Position numbers and translations under genes: made by a program. The notes under the pieces were generated by a model. That model was given only the letters and a program-made list of their open reading frames with translations, searched no databases and was not told where the DNA came from. From the NCBI GenBank assembly GCA_020638575.1, contig JACKIH010000003.1:3044461-3068460 (forward strand): a DNA stretch of 24,000 bases, read 5' to 3'. Shown here piece after piece: positions 8,132-16,488 of this stretch. Every line of letters starts with the position of its first letter. Within the stretch, counting starts at the first letter, position 1. Source of the stretch: Rhodospirillaceae bacterium (GTDB taxonomy: Bacteria > Pseudomonadota > Alphaproteobacteria > DSM-16000 > Inquilinaceae).

Positions 8132-9007
8132 CTATTCAGTCTGACTCAGCGAGCGGTCAAACTCTTCCCGATTGGCGATCACAAGCGGCGCCTCTTGAGG
8201 TTCGTTCAATATTTCAGCAACATCGAGACGAAGTCGTTTCTTGAAATAATATAGCATCGATCTTCGAACACTTATCTCGATAACATTATCGTTCATCTCG
8301 AAGTCATGCTCTATTATCTTTTGCTGCAACAAGGGGAGCGCCGGATTTGCTTTTAGAAAAACCTTAAATACCTCTTGCCATCGGCTGTCCTCGTGACCGC
8401 GTGCCTGCAGTTCGCCGCCAATTCGGCAGTCCAGGCAGCGCGAGACAAGAAAATCTTTGAACGTCCTATCGATATGGCAAAAGGCACGCACATGCCACCG
8501 AATGCCGTCACTTCCGAAGGCGTGTGGACTAATTTCTCGCCACGCCGGATTTGCGCGCCTAGGATTCATCGACTGATAGTAGATTTCCACAGCCCGGCCC
8601 AATCTAACTGCGGCGAGAAGCGTGCGAAGAAGCTCCGGATCAACGCGGCGGTGTGGGATCGGGAGGCAGTCCGCGTCGGGAAGCTTCGAAAGCCAAGTCT
8701 CGCTGACGAGTAATGTTCCGTCGGCTACAGATCGGAGCTGAGAAAGATACCGATCCGGATCGGGTTTCAGGAAATGCGGCCTAAAGGCGGGGGCGGCGAA
8801 ATAGCGCTTTCCACTCTTATCGTAAGCCATGTTCCCTGGCGCCAATTCTTGATACAGGCGGAGGTCTTTTGAGGCCTGCGGCACCGAAACGCCGAAGTAG
8901 GTGCGGATGTCCGACCTGTTGATACCGCCTTCCCAGAATAACCGGAATTCGATGAACTCAAGCCGTTGCTCCACACCCCAGCGCAGGTCCGGCGTGCGCT
9001 CCTCCAT
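8132..9007 (-). CDS. BrxR/CapW-family transcriptional regulator (wHTH + WYL + C-terminal dimerisation region)
   Basis: N-terminus RLEFIEFRLFWEGGINRSDIRTYFGVSVPQASKDLRLYQ (BrxR-type wHTH). WYL-domain core YYQSMN...REISPHAFGSDGIRWHVRAFCH. Divergent from a defence operon. Confidence 0.85.
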   Translation of the reverse strand: MEERTPDLRWGVEQRLEFIEFRLFWEGGINRSDIRTYFGVSVPQASKDLRLYQELAPGNMAYDKSGKRYFAAPAFRPHFLKPDPDRYLSQLRSVADGTLLVSETWLSKLPDADCLPIPHRRVDPELLRTLLAAVRLGRAVEIYYQSMNPRRANPAWREISPHAFGSDGIRWHVRAFCHIDRTFKDFLVSRCLDCRIGGELQARGHEDSRWQEVFKVFLKANPALPLLQQKIIEHDFEMNDNVIEISVRRSMLYYFKKRLRLDVAEILNEPQEAPLVIANREEFDRSLSQTE

Positions 9008-9036
9008 GCTCTTATCCTTTCGCCGACGGTGCGTAT

Positions 9037-9077
9037 AGAAACTAGATTGACAGCCAAACGCGATGCGTCTAGTTTCT
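9037..9077 (+). promoter_or_regulatory. operator plus promoter of the DUF2188-qat operon
   Basis: Perfect 10-bp IR AGAAACTAGA (9037-9046) / TCTAGTTTCT (9068-9077). It encloses TTGACA (9047-9052), and 17 nt later TAGTTT (9070-9075) lies inside the right arm. Confidence 0.55.
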
Positions 9078-9121
9078 TATCTCATCAATCGTATGCCGTC
9101 AACTCAATGCCGGAGGGCGCG

Positions 9122-9364
9122 ATGCCCAAGAACGATCGCTACGTCGTCAAGCATGGCTCCGACTGGGCCGTAAAGAAGGGTGGTGTTGAGCGCCCCCAGA
9201 GCGTGCACGGGACGCAGGCCGAAGCCGAACGCACGGCCAAGGAGACCGTCAGAGGTCTTGGTGGAGGCGAAGTCCGCATTCAGGGCCGCGACGGTAGGTG
9301 GCGCGACTCCGATACGGTGGCGCCGGGCAACGACCCGTGTCCGCCGCGGGATAAGAAACACTAG
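9122..9364 (+). CDS. DUF2188-family small protein
   Basis: ATG at 9122 5 nt after GGAGG (9112-9116). Sequence YVVKHGSDWAVKKGG...HGTQAEAERTAKE...EVRIQGRDGRWRDSDTVAPGNDPCPPRD fits the DUF2188 pattern. Confidence 0.7.
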   Translation: MPKNDRYVVKHGSDWAVKKGGVERPQSVHGTQAEAERTAKETVRGLGGGEVRIQGRDGRWRDSDTVAPGNDPCPPRDKKH

Positions 9365-9397
9365 CGGAGGGCCAGCCTCCGCTGCACGGAGAAGGTA

Positions 9398-11257
9398 ATG
9401 TGGCCGGACAACGAGACAGCGCAGGATTTCCTTAATTTCTCCGGGGTCGCAGATACGGTCGCGGAGATCATCATTCAGGCAGACGGCCGACCCATCTCGA
9501 TCGGCATGTCCGGTGCGTGGGGCGTTGGCAAGTCGTCCATGATCAGGCTTGTTCGCGGCGCGTTTGACGGGCGTGCGAAGGGCCGCGCCGGCGATTTCAT
9601 CTTCGTCGAGTTCAATGCCTGGCTTTATCAGGGTTATGACGACGCGCGCGCTGCACTGCTGGAAGTTATTGCCACCGAATTGGCCGATGAAGCGGAACGG
9701 CGCAAAACCGGTATCGACAAGGCCAGAGAGCTGCTCGGTAGGGTGAACTGGTTGCGGGCGGCCAAATTGGCAGCCGGATCGGCGATGGCGCTCGCTCTCG
9801 GTCTCCCGCCAGTCGGGCTTGCGGGTGATGTGTATCAGATCGGCAGCAGAGTTCTGGCGGGACAGGCCGATCAACAGACAGTGGGGGATGCACAGGAGGC
9901 TGTTCAGGAGATCGGTAGCGAGGCGGCTGGCTTGCTTAAGCCCAAGACCGCGCTGACCCCGCCCAGAGAAATACATGCAATCCGGGAATGCTTCGAACAA
10001 ACCCTCTCTGAGATGAACGTGAAGCTGGTCGTCCTGATTGATGACCTCGACCGTTGCTTGCCGCCGACGACAATCTCAACGCTCGAAGCCATTCGCCTTT
10101 TCCTCTTCCTTAAGAACACCGCCTTCGTCATCGCCGCCGATGATGCGATGATTAAGCATGCGGTGCGTAGCCATTTCGACGGCGTCGACGACAAGCTGGT
10201 CACCAACTACTTTGACAAACTCATTCAGGTGCCCATTCGCGTGCCACCACTGGGCACACAGGAAGTGCGGGCATATATGATGCTGTTGTTTGTCGAGAAC
10301 AGCGCCCTTGAGGAAGCTGCCAAGGAAGTCATCCGCAGCAAGACGTGCGCCCAGTTAGCGCAGACCTGGCGCGGGCAGCGGGTCGACCGGGCTTTCATGC
10401 AATCGGCCCATCAGGGCCTGCCGCCCGAGCTGATTTCCCGGTTCGATACGGCGGAACGGTTGGCCCCACTCATGACAACGGCTTCGCAGATTGCCGGCAA
10501 TCCCCGGCTTATCAAGCGGTTTCTCAATGCGCTCTCGATACGAATGGCCATTTCAACTGCTCATGGCGTCGGTGTCGACGAAGCGGTCCTCGCCAAGATG
10601 CTGTTGTTCGAACGGTGCGCTCCGCCTTCGGCGTATGAAGCGCTGACTCAGGCAGTCAACACGGACGACGAAGGAAAGCCGCGAATACTTGGTCCCTGGG
10701 AAGACGCCGCACTTGGCGGTGCCGAACTGGACCTTGATGAGACCTGGGACGACGCGTTCATCCGCGAATGGCTGACAGTTCCGCCGCGCCTTGCCGATAT
10801 CGACCTTCGCGGGGTCTTGTATGTCAGCCGCGAACACGCGCCACTGATCACGCCCGAGGATCGCCTATCCTCCGAAGGGGCGGAAGTCCTGTCTGCGATC
10901 CTGGAACATCCGGATATGGCGGCAGCGATGCATGAGCGTTTGACTCGTCTGCCGCGGCCCGAGGCGACCATTGTCATGGATCGCCTGCTGGAACGTGCCC
11001 GCCAGATACAAGAGTGGGGAACTCCGCCGATCCTCGACGCCTGTATCGCCGTTTGCGCCGCCGATCCAACGCAGGGCTCGCGGCTCGCCGCCTTCCTGCG
11101 CGAGCGCCCCGCCAGCCAGATCAAGCCTGGAATCGTGCCAAAGATCGGCGACCAACCTTGGGCAAAGGACGTGTTGGGCGTCTGGAACGCGTCCAATGTA
11201 GCGGCGCCCGCAAAAGCGGCCATAACACGGGAGCTTAAGAAGCATGGGAACGTCTAA
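9398..11257 (+). CDS. qatA: KAP-family P-loop NTPase, QatA-like
   Basis: Walker A GMSGAWGVGKSS, FVEFNAWLYQGYDD, Walker B VVLIDDLDRCLPP. RBS GGAGAAGG before the ATG. Position and size (619 aa) fit QatA. Confidence 0.85.
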   Translation: MWPDNETAQDFLNFSGVADTVAEIIIQADGRPISIGMSGAWGVGKSSMIRLVRGAFDGRAKGRAGDFIFVEFNAWLYQGYDDARAALLEVIATELADEAERRKTGIDKARELLGRVNWLRAAKLAAGSAMALALGLPPVGLAGDVYQIGSRVLAGQADQQTVGDAQEAVQEIGSEAAGLLKPKTALTPPREIHAIRECFEQTLSEMNVKLVVLIDDLDRCLPPTTISTLEAIRLFLFLKNTAFVIAADDAMIKHAVRSHFDGVDDKLVTNYFDKLIQVPIRVPPLGTQEVRAYMMLLFVENSALEEAAKEVIRSKTCAQLAQTWRGQRVDRAFMQSAHQGLPPELISRFDTAERLAPLMTTASQIAGNPRLIKRFLNALSIRMAISTAHGVGVDEAVLAKMLLFERCAPPSAYEALTQAVNTDDEGKPRILGPWEDAALGGAELDLDETWDDAFIREWLTVPPRLADIDLRGVLYVSREHAPLITPEDRLSSEGAEVLSAILEHPDMAAAMHERLTRLPRPEATIVMDRLLERARQIQEWGTPPILDACIAVCAADPTQGSRLAAFLRERPASQIKPGIVPKIGDQPWAKDVLGVWNASNVAAPAKAAITRELKKHGNV

Positions 11258-12116
11258 GTCCGGTACAGGGCCAGGGCCAGGCGTTCCTCTTGTGCCGCCC
11301 TGGGTACCCGATCCAGCTCCGCCTGCACCTCCTCCGGGGGACGACGGTTCAGACAATTCCGGCAACAACGATTCCGGCGACCAAGACGAGCAGGCTCAGC
11401 CGGATTCAGTTCCACCGGCTTCTGCACCCGCGCCCCAGGCACCGCATGCGAGGTTCGGAGGTGCGCGCGCAAATCTGGGCAACTTTGCCCGCACCGGCTC
11501 GCCGGACGATATGCGACGCGGTCTGGGTCACTACGTTCACAGAGGCTATGGCGGCGCGCGATATGCTGCACAGCGAATGGGGGGAACGGCACGAACTGCC
11601 GGTACTCTCTACGGCGCACTGTCCTCTGCGGCGGCAGGACAGGCGGCCGGGCCGGGCAGCCCGTTTGATCCGGCTCTCTTAGCTGGGCGCTCCGCCGATG
11701 AGGTCATGGACGCCTTGGTAGAGGCTGTCCGTCCCGTCGATGGCACGCAGGATGCAGAAGCAGGCCGTGGCGCAATTCGCGATGCTCTTTCCGAGTTGCT
11801 CAACCGGTTCCCTGATGCCGATCTGTTGAGTCTCTCGGAGGAGCAGCGCCTATTCGCAATCGAGCGCTATCTGGCCCTTGATGTTTATGGGCGTTTTGCG
11901 CTCGACCTCGGCAAGACTGTGCAGGAGAAGGCGCCCAGCGCCACGGCTGCTCTATCACGTCTGAAAGAGATCAAGGACTACATCAAGGAAACGGTTTCGG
12001 CGCAATTCAGAGAGCTCAAAAAATCCGGGGAGTCACCAGGTGCGCGGCGCGTATCCGAAATGGCGAATCAAGCCCTGCGTGACACGTTTGCGGTCTTCGA
12101 GGGGTACGCCCAATGA
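11244..12116 (+). CDS. qatB: QatB-like protein (no known enzymatic domain; disordered P/G/D-rich N-terminal third)
   Basis: Sits between the KAP NTPase and the QueC-like gene. 14-nt overlap with qatA and ATGA overlap with qatC. Begins MGTSKSGTGPGPG. Confidence 0.7.
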   Translation: MGTSKSGTGPGPGVPLVPPWVPDPAPPAPPPGDDGSDNSGNNDSGDQDEQAQPDSVPPASAPAPQAPHARFGGARANLGNFARTGSPDDMRRGLGHYVHRGYGGARYAAQRMGGTARTAGTLYGALSSAAAGQAAGPGSPFDPALLAGRSADEVMDALVEAVRPVDGTQDAEAGRGAIRDALSELLNRFPDADLLSLSEEQRLFAIERYLALDVYGRFALDLGKTVQEKAPSATAALSRLKEIKDYIKETVSAQFRELKKSGESPGARRVSEMANQALRDTFAVFEGYAQ

Positions 12117-13393
12117 GAATTGTCTGTGCACCGGAGGATCAAGGATTTCAGGCAGGCCGGACCGCCGACCTCGGTGTTGTTCTCTATGGTCACACCAACG
12201 ATCCCCAGTCCGCATCTGTTGGTGCGGCGGTACGTGACATCATCCAGCGCCGCAAGCTGAAGCCGGCGGCACGTGCCTGGGACCTTTTGACCATAGCCTT
12301 ATCTGTCATTGCTGCCGACACCGGTGCGCGCCGTAGCGATAGCCCCGACGGTTGGACCCGTCAGCTCAATCTCGACATCACAGTCGGCGACGCCGCATTC
12401 TGGACGTCCCAAAGCGAATTGCTGGTTCGCCAGCTACACTTCCTGACGACCGATCTCTGGAATCTGTCGTTCTCCGGGGGCGGCATTCAGCCCGTCCCCG
12501 AAAAGCCGACTGCCGAGCCTGATCAGGACAGTGTTGTCCTCTTGTCGGGCGGTCTCGACAGCCTTGTCGGCACGATAGATCTCGTGACAGCACACAACAA
12601 GAAGCCTTACGCAGTCAGTCAGGTATCGCAGGGAGATAAGAAGACACAATGCTTTTTCGCTTCAAAGATCGGGGGCGGATTGGGCCATCTCCAGCTTAAT
12701 CACAACGCGGACTGTCCTGGCGAGAACGAACGCTCCCAGCGGGCAAGATCGATTATCTTTTTAAGCTACGGTGTCCTATTAGCAACTTCCCTGGCGCGCT
12801 ACTATGAAGGCGGTGATGTTACTCTCTATGTATGTGAAAACGGTTTTATCTCGATAAATCCTCCGCTTACCGATGCGCGCCTTGGCAGTCTGAGTACGAG
12901 AACGACTCACCCTGTCTTTCTTGGCCTCTTTCAGCAGCTTCTTGATGCCGCGGGTCTGCGCGTGACGATCAAGAACCCCTATCAGTTCTGTACAAAGGGC
13001 GAGATGCTTAAAGGCTGTGTGAGCCAGCAGTTCCTGTTCAAGTATGCGCATGTGAGTACAAGCTGCGGACGATATGCTCGGAACGGCTATAAGCATTGCG
13101 GACGGTGCCTTCCTTGTCTTATTCGCCGTGCCGCATTTGACGCCTGGGGCGTTGCCGACCAGACAGAGTATGTCTTCGCCGATTTAGCGCGTGACGATAA
13201 AGATCACGCCCAATATGACGATGTCCGCTCAGCGGCTATGGCCGTAGCTGCAGCGAAAACCGAAGGACTGGCGGCATGGGCCGGACCGTCACTCAGTACT
13301 GCGCTCTTGGGCGACATCACCCCCTATAGAGGTGTTGTTGGACGCGGCCTCGACGAACTAGCTTCCTTCCTTCGGAAGGCAGGCGTGAATTGA
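12113..13393 (+). CDS. qatC: QueC-like PP-loop ATPase, QatC-like
   Basis: PP-loop VVLLSGGLDSLVGT in the C-terminal half. Cys cluster CGRYARNGYKHCGRCLPCLIRR, like the QueC zinc site. Extra roughly 140-aa N-terminal region. Confidence 0.85.
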   Translation: MRIVCAPEDQGFQAGRTADLGVVLYGHTNDPQSASVGAAVRDIIQRRKLKPAARAWDLLTIALSVIAADTGARRSDSPDGWTRQLNLDITVGDAAFWTSQSELLVRQLHFLTTDLWNLSFSGGGIQPVPEKPTAEPDQDSVVLLSGGLDSLVGTIDLVTAHNKKPYAVSQVSQGDKKTQCFFASKIGGGLGHLQLNHNADCPGENERSQRARSIIFLSYGVLLATSLARYYEGGDVTLYVCENGFISINPPLTDARLGSLSTRTTHPVFLGLFQQLLDAAGLRVTIKNPYQFCTKGEMLKGCVSQQFLFKYAHVSTSCGRYARNGYKHCGRCLPCLIRRAAFDAWGVADQTEYVFADLARDDKDHAQYDDVRSAAMAVAAAKTEGLAAWAGPSLSTALLGDITPYRGVVGRGLDELASFLRKAGVN

Positions 13394-14157
13394 TCGATTT
13401 CCACTGTCACATTGATCTCTATCCAGACCCACAACACGTTGCCCGCGCATGTGATGCTCGCGGTCTTCACGTGCTCTCGGTGACGACAACACCCAGCGCC
13501 TGGCACGGCACTTCAGCTCTTGCGCATGGCAGGATCCGTACAGCCCTTGGCCTCCATCCGCAGCTTGCACACGAACGGCATGGGGAACTTGCTCTGTTCG
13601 AGGAGCTGCTGCCGCAGGCGCGCTATGTCGGAGAGATCGGGCTTGATGGCGCACCAGAGTTCCGCGCCAACTGGCAGGTCCAGGAGACGGTCTTTCGATG
13701 CATCCTGGATGTCTGTGCCAAAGCTGGCGGGCGGATCATGTCGATCCACAGCCGGCGTGCGAGCAAGGCTGTACTTGACTGCCTTGCGACGCAGCCGGAT
13801 TCGGGCGTTCCGGTCCTGCACTGGTTTTCCGGTACGACGCGCGATCTCGACAGGGCCATTGAATTCGGGTGCTGGTTCAGTGTTGGTCCGGCCATGCTGA
13901 GGGGAGAGAGAGGGAGAGCATTGGCTGCGCGAATGCCCCGCGAACGTGTCCTCACAGAATCGGACGGGCCATTTGCACAGATCGAAGGGCGATCAGCCTG
14001 GCCCTGGGAAGTCGACAGAGCCGTAGCCGGACTGGCAGCCTTGTGGGGAATCGACGAGCGCAAGGCACAGGTGGTGCTGGACGACAATCTTCGGCACTTG
14101 GCCCAATGGTCCCGAGCAGGGCGTGCCGAGCCTCCAGATTCCGGGATGCGAACGTGA
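13390..14157 (+). CDS. qatD: TatD-family metal-dependent hydrolase/DNase, QatD-like
   Basis: TTG start overlapping the qatC stop (TTGA). Motifs MIDFHCHIDL, YVGEIGLDG, MSIHSRRA, VLHWFSG, LTESDGPF. Confidence 0.85.
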   Translation: MIDFHCHIDLYPDPQHVARACDARGLHVLSVTTTPSAWHGTSALAHGRIRTALGLHPQLAHERHGELALFEELLPQARYVGEIGLDGAPEFRANWQVQETVFRCILDVCAKAGGRIMSIHSRRASKAVLDCLATQPDSGVPVLHWFSGTTRDLDRAIEFGCWFSVGPAMLRGERGRALAARMPRERVLTESDGPFAQIEGRSAWPWEVDRAVAGLAALWGIDERKAQVVLDDNLRHLAQWSRAGRAEPPDSGMRT

Positions 14158-15728
14158 CGGGCTCTGTCGTCTATCTGTTTGTCGACACCAACCTTCTCAT
14201 CCAGTGCCGTCCTCTCGAGCAACTGGACTGGTCGCCATGGAGCAACTTTGAAGAGGTGCGGCTGATTGTATCTAATCCGGTCCTGCGAGAGATGGATTAC
14301 CGCAAGAATAAGGGCCAGGACCGCCTCGGTAGTCGCGCTCGGGCAGCATCAGCCATGTTTCGCAAGATGTTGCCGGACGGGCAGAAGACTATTCGGGAGA
14401 GCCGACCGCGCGTCCTTCTCTCCATCGAGCCTCAGCACCGATATAGCAGGGACCTCGAAGACCGGCTGAACTACGATGAGCGCGACGACCAGCTCATCGG
14501 CACTATCCACGAATTCGCAAGGGGCAATCCGGGTAGCGATGTGCGGCTGCTGACCCATGATACGACCCCGCTCTACTCGGCCCGAGCCCATGGGTTGGCA
14601 GCGGCGGTGATACCCGACGACTGGCTGCTGCCGCCCGAAAAAAGTGAAACCGAGAAAGAGCTGTCGGCGCTGAAGGCGGAGAATGCCCGGTTGAAGAAAG
14701 CCGAGCCTTCCTTCGCGGTACGATGCGCAAACACCGAAGGGACCGAAATCACGCGCTATGAAGGTTCGTATACGAGGTACGAGCCGCTGACAGACGACGA
14801 CGTAGATGGTCTGATGGCGCGCCTGAAGGAGTGCTTCCCTCCTGAGACCGACTTCGGGCCAAGAGAGCCTGCGGAACGCGATGCACCGCCGGTGGGCGGG
14901 TTGCGCGTTTCTGGCATGAAGCAGATCTTCACACCGGCCACGGACGAAGAAATCGCAGAATATCTTGGCGAATCATACCCGAACTGGCTGACAAAGTGCG
15001 AAGAAATCCTGCGAAACCACCATTGGACGCTTCAAAAAGAAGAAACTGTACTGGCCTTTGTATTCCTGGCTGAGAATAACGGCACTCGCCCAGCGACCGA
15101 TGCTCTGATCACAATCGAGGCTCAGAGCCAATTCGAGGTTAGGCCTCCTCCGTCAAAAAGGCGCGATGAGCAACAGAGCGACGATGATGACGGGCCGCGC
15201 ATGCCCGAGTTGCCGCGTCCGCCCGCAGTCCCTCATGGCCGCTGGCGATCGTCAGTCGGCAGCCAGTCAACTGGCCTGTACACAACCATGCTCCAGCGCT
15301 CCCTCCGCGGCATGCCGGGTTTTGCCGGCTTTGGCAGTAGCGTATTTGACGAGAGAGTCCTGCAACCTCCGATTATTCCCCCACTACATGATCCAAATGC
15401 ATTCTACTACAGTTCGGGCCGGTCGGGCGTGCCTCAAGAATCCTTCGCCCTGGAATGTGATCAGTGGCGCCACGAAGACGGGGAAGAGCCGTTTGTCGGT
15501 GAGATCTGCGTGCCTGCCGGTCAGCAAGAGGCCAAGGGCGCACTGATCTGTCGTATCCAAGCAAGCAACCTCTCCAGAGCCGTGTCCCTCAAGATTCCGG
15601 TGCACATAGCCATCGAGCATGTCCGAGCCTTTGACGATGCCGAGAAAATGGTCGAGGCCCTGACAATGCGACCGAGTTTTCGGATCAAGCCATCTTCAGG
15701 ACAATCCGGCACAGGCGGATCTGCCTGA
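14154..15728 (+). CDS. PIN-like nuclease domain protein with coiled-coil linker and unrecognised roughly 320-aa C-terminal region
   Basis: GTG at 14154 overlaps the qatD stop (GTGA). N-terminus VVYLFVDTNLLIQ, then VLREMD, ERDDQLIG and LLTHDTT give the four acidic PIN positions. The track start at 13869 lies inside qatD. Confidence 0.65.
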   Translation: MTGSVVYLFVDTNLLIQCRPLEQLDWSPWSNFEEVRLIVSNPVLREMDYRKNKGQDRLGSRARAASAMFRKMLPDGQKTIRESRPRVLLSIEPQHRYSRDLEDRLNYDERDDQLIGTIHEFARGNPGSDVRLLTHDTTPLYSARAHGLAAAVIPDDWLLPPEKSETEKELSALKAENARLKKAEPSFAVRCANTEGTEITRYEGSYTRYEPLTDDDVDGLMARLKECFPPETDFGPREPAERDAPPVGGLRVSGMKQIFTPATDEEIAEYLGESYPNWLTKCEEILRNHHWTLQKEETVLAFVFLAENNGTRPATDALITIEAQSQFEVRPPPSKRRDEQQSDDDDGPRMPELPRPPAVPHGRWRSSVGSQSTGLYTTMLQRSLRGMPGFAGFGSSVFDERVLQPPIIPPLHDPNAFYYSSGRSGVPQESFALECDQWRHEDGEEPFVGEICVPAGQQEAKGALICRIQASNLSRAVSLKIPVHIAIEHVRAFDDAEKMVEALTMRPSFRIKPSSGQSGTGGSA

Positions 15729-15912
15729 TATTCCTGCTATTGAGCCATGGTGACACCCGGTGCGGGGGTGCGTCCGGCACAAGAGCCGGACCGGGCTCTC
15801 GTGAACCGAACCCCGGCTCTTCCGGGTTTCGGCCATACGGCTTCGATCCCTTGCACATACCAGTGGACAGCGCCATTCCGGCGCTGAACTTCCTATTGAA
15901 CATAAGGGGTTA

Positions 15913-15931
15913 GGGAAGGCGCCGCCTTCCC
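15913..15931 (+). terminator. GC-rich palindromic hairpin downstream of the qat-PIN operon
   Basis: GGGAAGGCG-c-CGCCTTCCC, followed by TCCCTTGG. 185 nt after the PIN gene stop. Confidence 0.35.
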
Positions 15932-16070
15932 TCCCTTGGCGCGCCTTCTGCCGGACCGGCAGGGCCGCGTCCGGCGCACGACCGCTTCGCTGGTCATGCC
16001 CCGGTCCGCAACCCGGCTGGCCCCACAAGCCGCACCGACCCACACCTATCCGTTCCTCGCCGGAAGGGCA

Positions 16071-16088
16071 GGGTTGCATGTGCAACCC
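16071..16088. promoter_or_regulatory. palindromic candidate operator upstream of the DUF2958 gene
   Basis: GGGTTGCA-TG-TGCAACCC (16 of 18 positions symmetric), 32 nt upstream of the ATG at 16120. Confidence 0.35.
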
Positions 16089-16119
16089 ACTTCCAATGGA
16101 TTTACGAAAGGAACGGACC

Positions 16120-16479
16120 ATGAAGCTACTTACAGATTCTCAATACAAAGCCCTGCTCCGCAACGGAGAACTGCGGAAACACTTCGAAAAAGAGGGGAAG
16201 GTGGAGCCTGATTTTTTTCCCGTCGTCAAACTCTTCACGCCCGATGCGTCCTGCACGTGGCTGCTGACGGAGCTTGACCCCGACGATCACGACATTGCCT
16301 TCGGGCTGTGCGATCTCGGTTTCGGCTGTCCGGAACTCGGCAGTGTTCGGCTCTCGGAATTGAAGGCCGTTCGCGGAAAGCTGGGTCTCCCGGTAGAGCG
16401 CGATCTTCATTTCTGCCCCGGCAAGACCATCGGCGACTACGCCGATGAGGCCCGCGCCGCCGGTCACATCAAGGCATAG
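16120..16479 (+). CDS. DUF2958-family protein (conjugative-element backbone)
   Basis: ATG at 16120 after AAAGGAA. Sequence LFTPDASCTWLLTELDPDDHDIAFGLCDLGFGCPELGSVRLSEL matches the DUF2958 pattern. Confidence 0.8.
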   Translation: MKLLTDSQYKALLRNGELRKHFEKEGKVEPDFFPVVKLFTPDASCTWLLTELDPDDHDIAFGLCDLGFGCPELGSVRLSELKAVRGKLGLPVERDLHFCPGKTIGDYADEARAAGHIKA

Positions 16480-16488
16480 GGGGCGGCC

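Noticed and set aside
9104-10000. 298-aa minus-strand ORF
   Set aside because: It is antisense to DUF2188 and qatA, which has unambiguous KAP NTPase motifs.
13869-14153. Upstream extension of the PIN-like ORF (619-aa version)
   Set aside because: It lies inside qatD in another frame. The PIN domain begins right after GTG 14154, which forms a GTGA overlap with the qatD stop.
15960-15980. GTCCGGCGCAC, matching the first 9 nt of the CRISPR repeat, 6 kb from the array
   Set aside because: It is a single short match built from GC-rich palindromic elements (CCGG, GGCGCC) with no further repeat similarity. Most likely chance.
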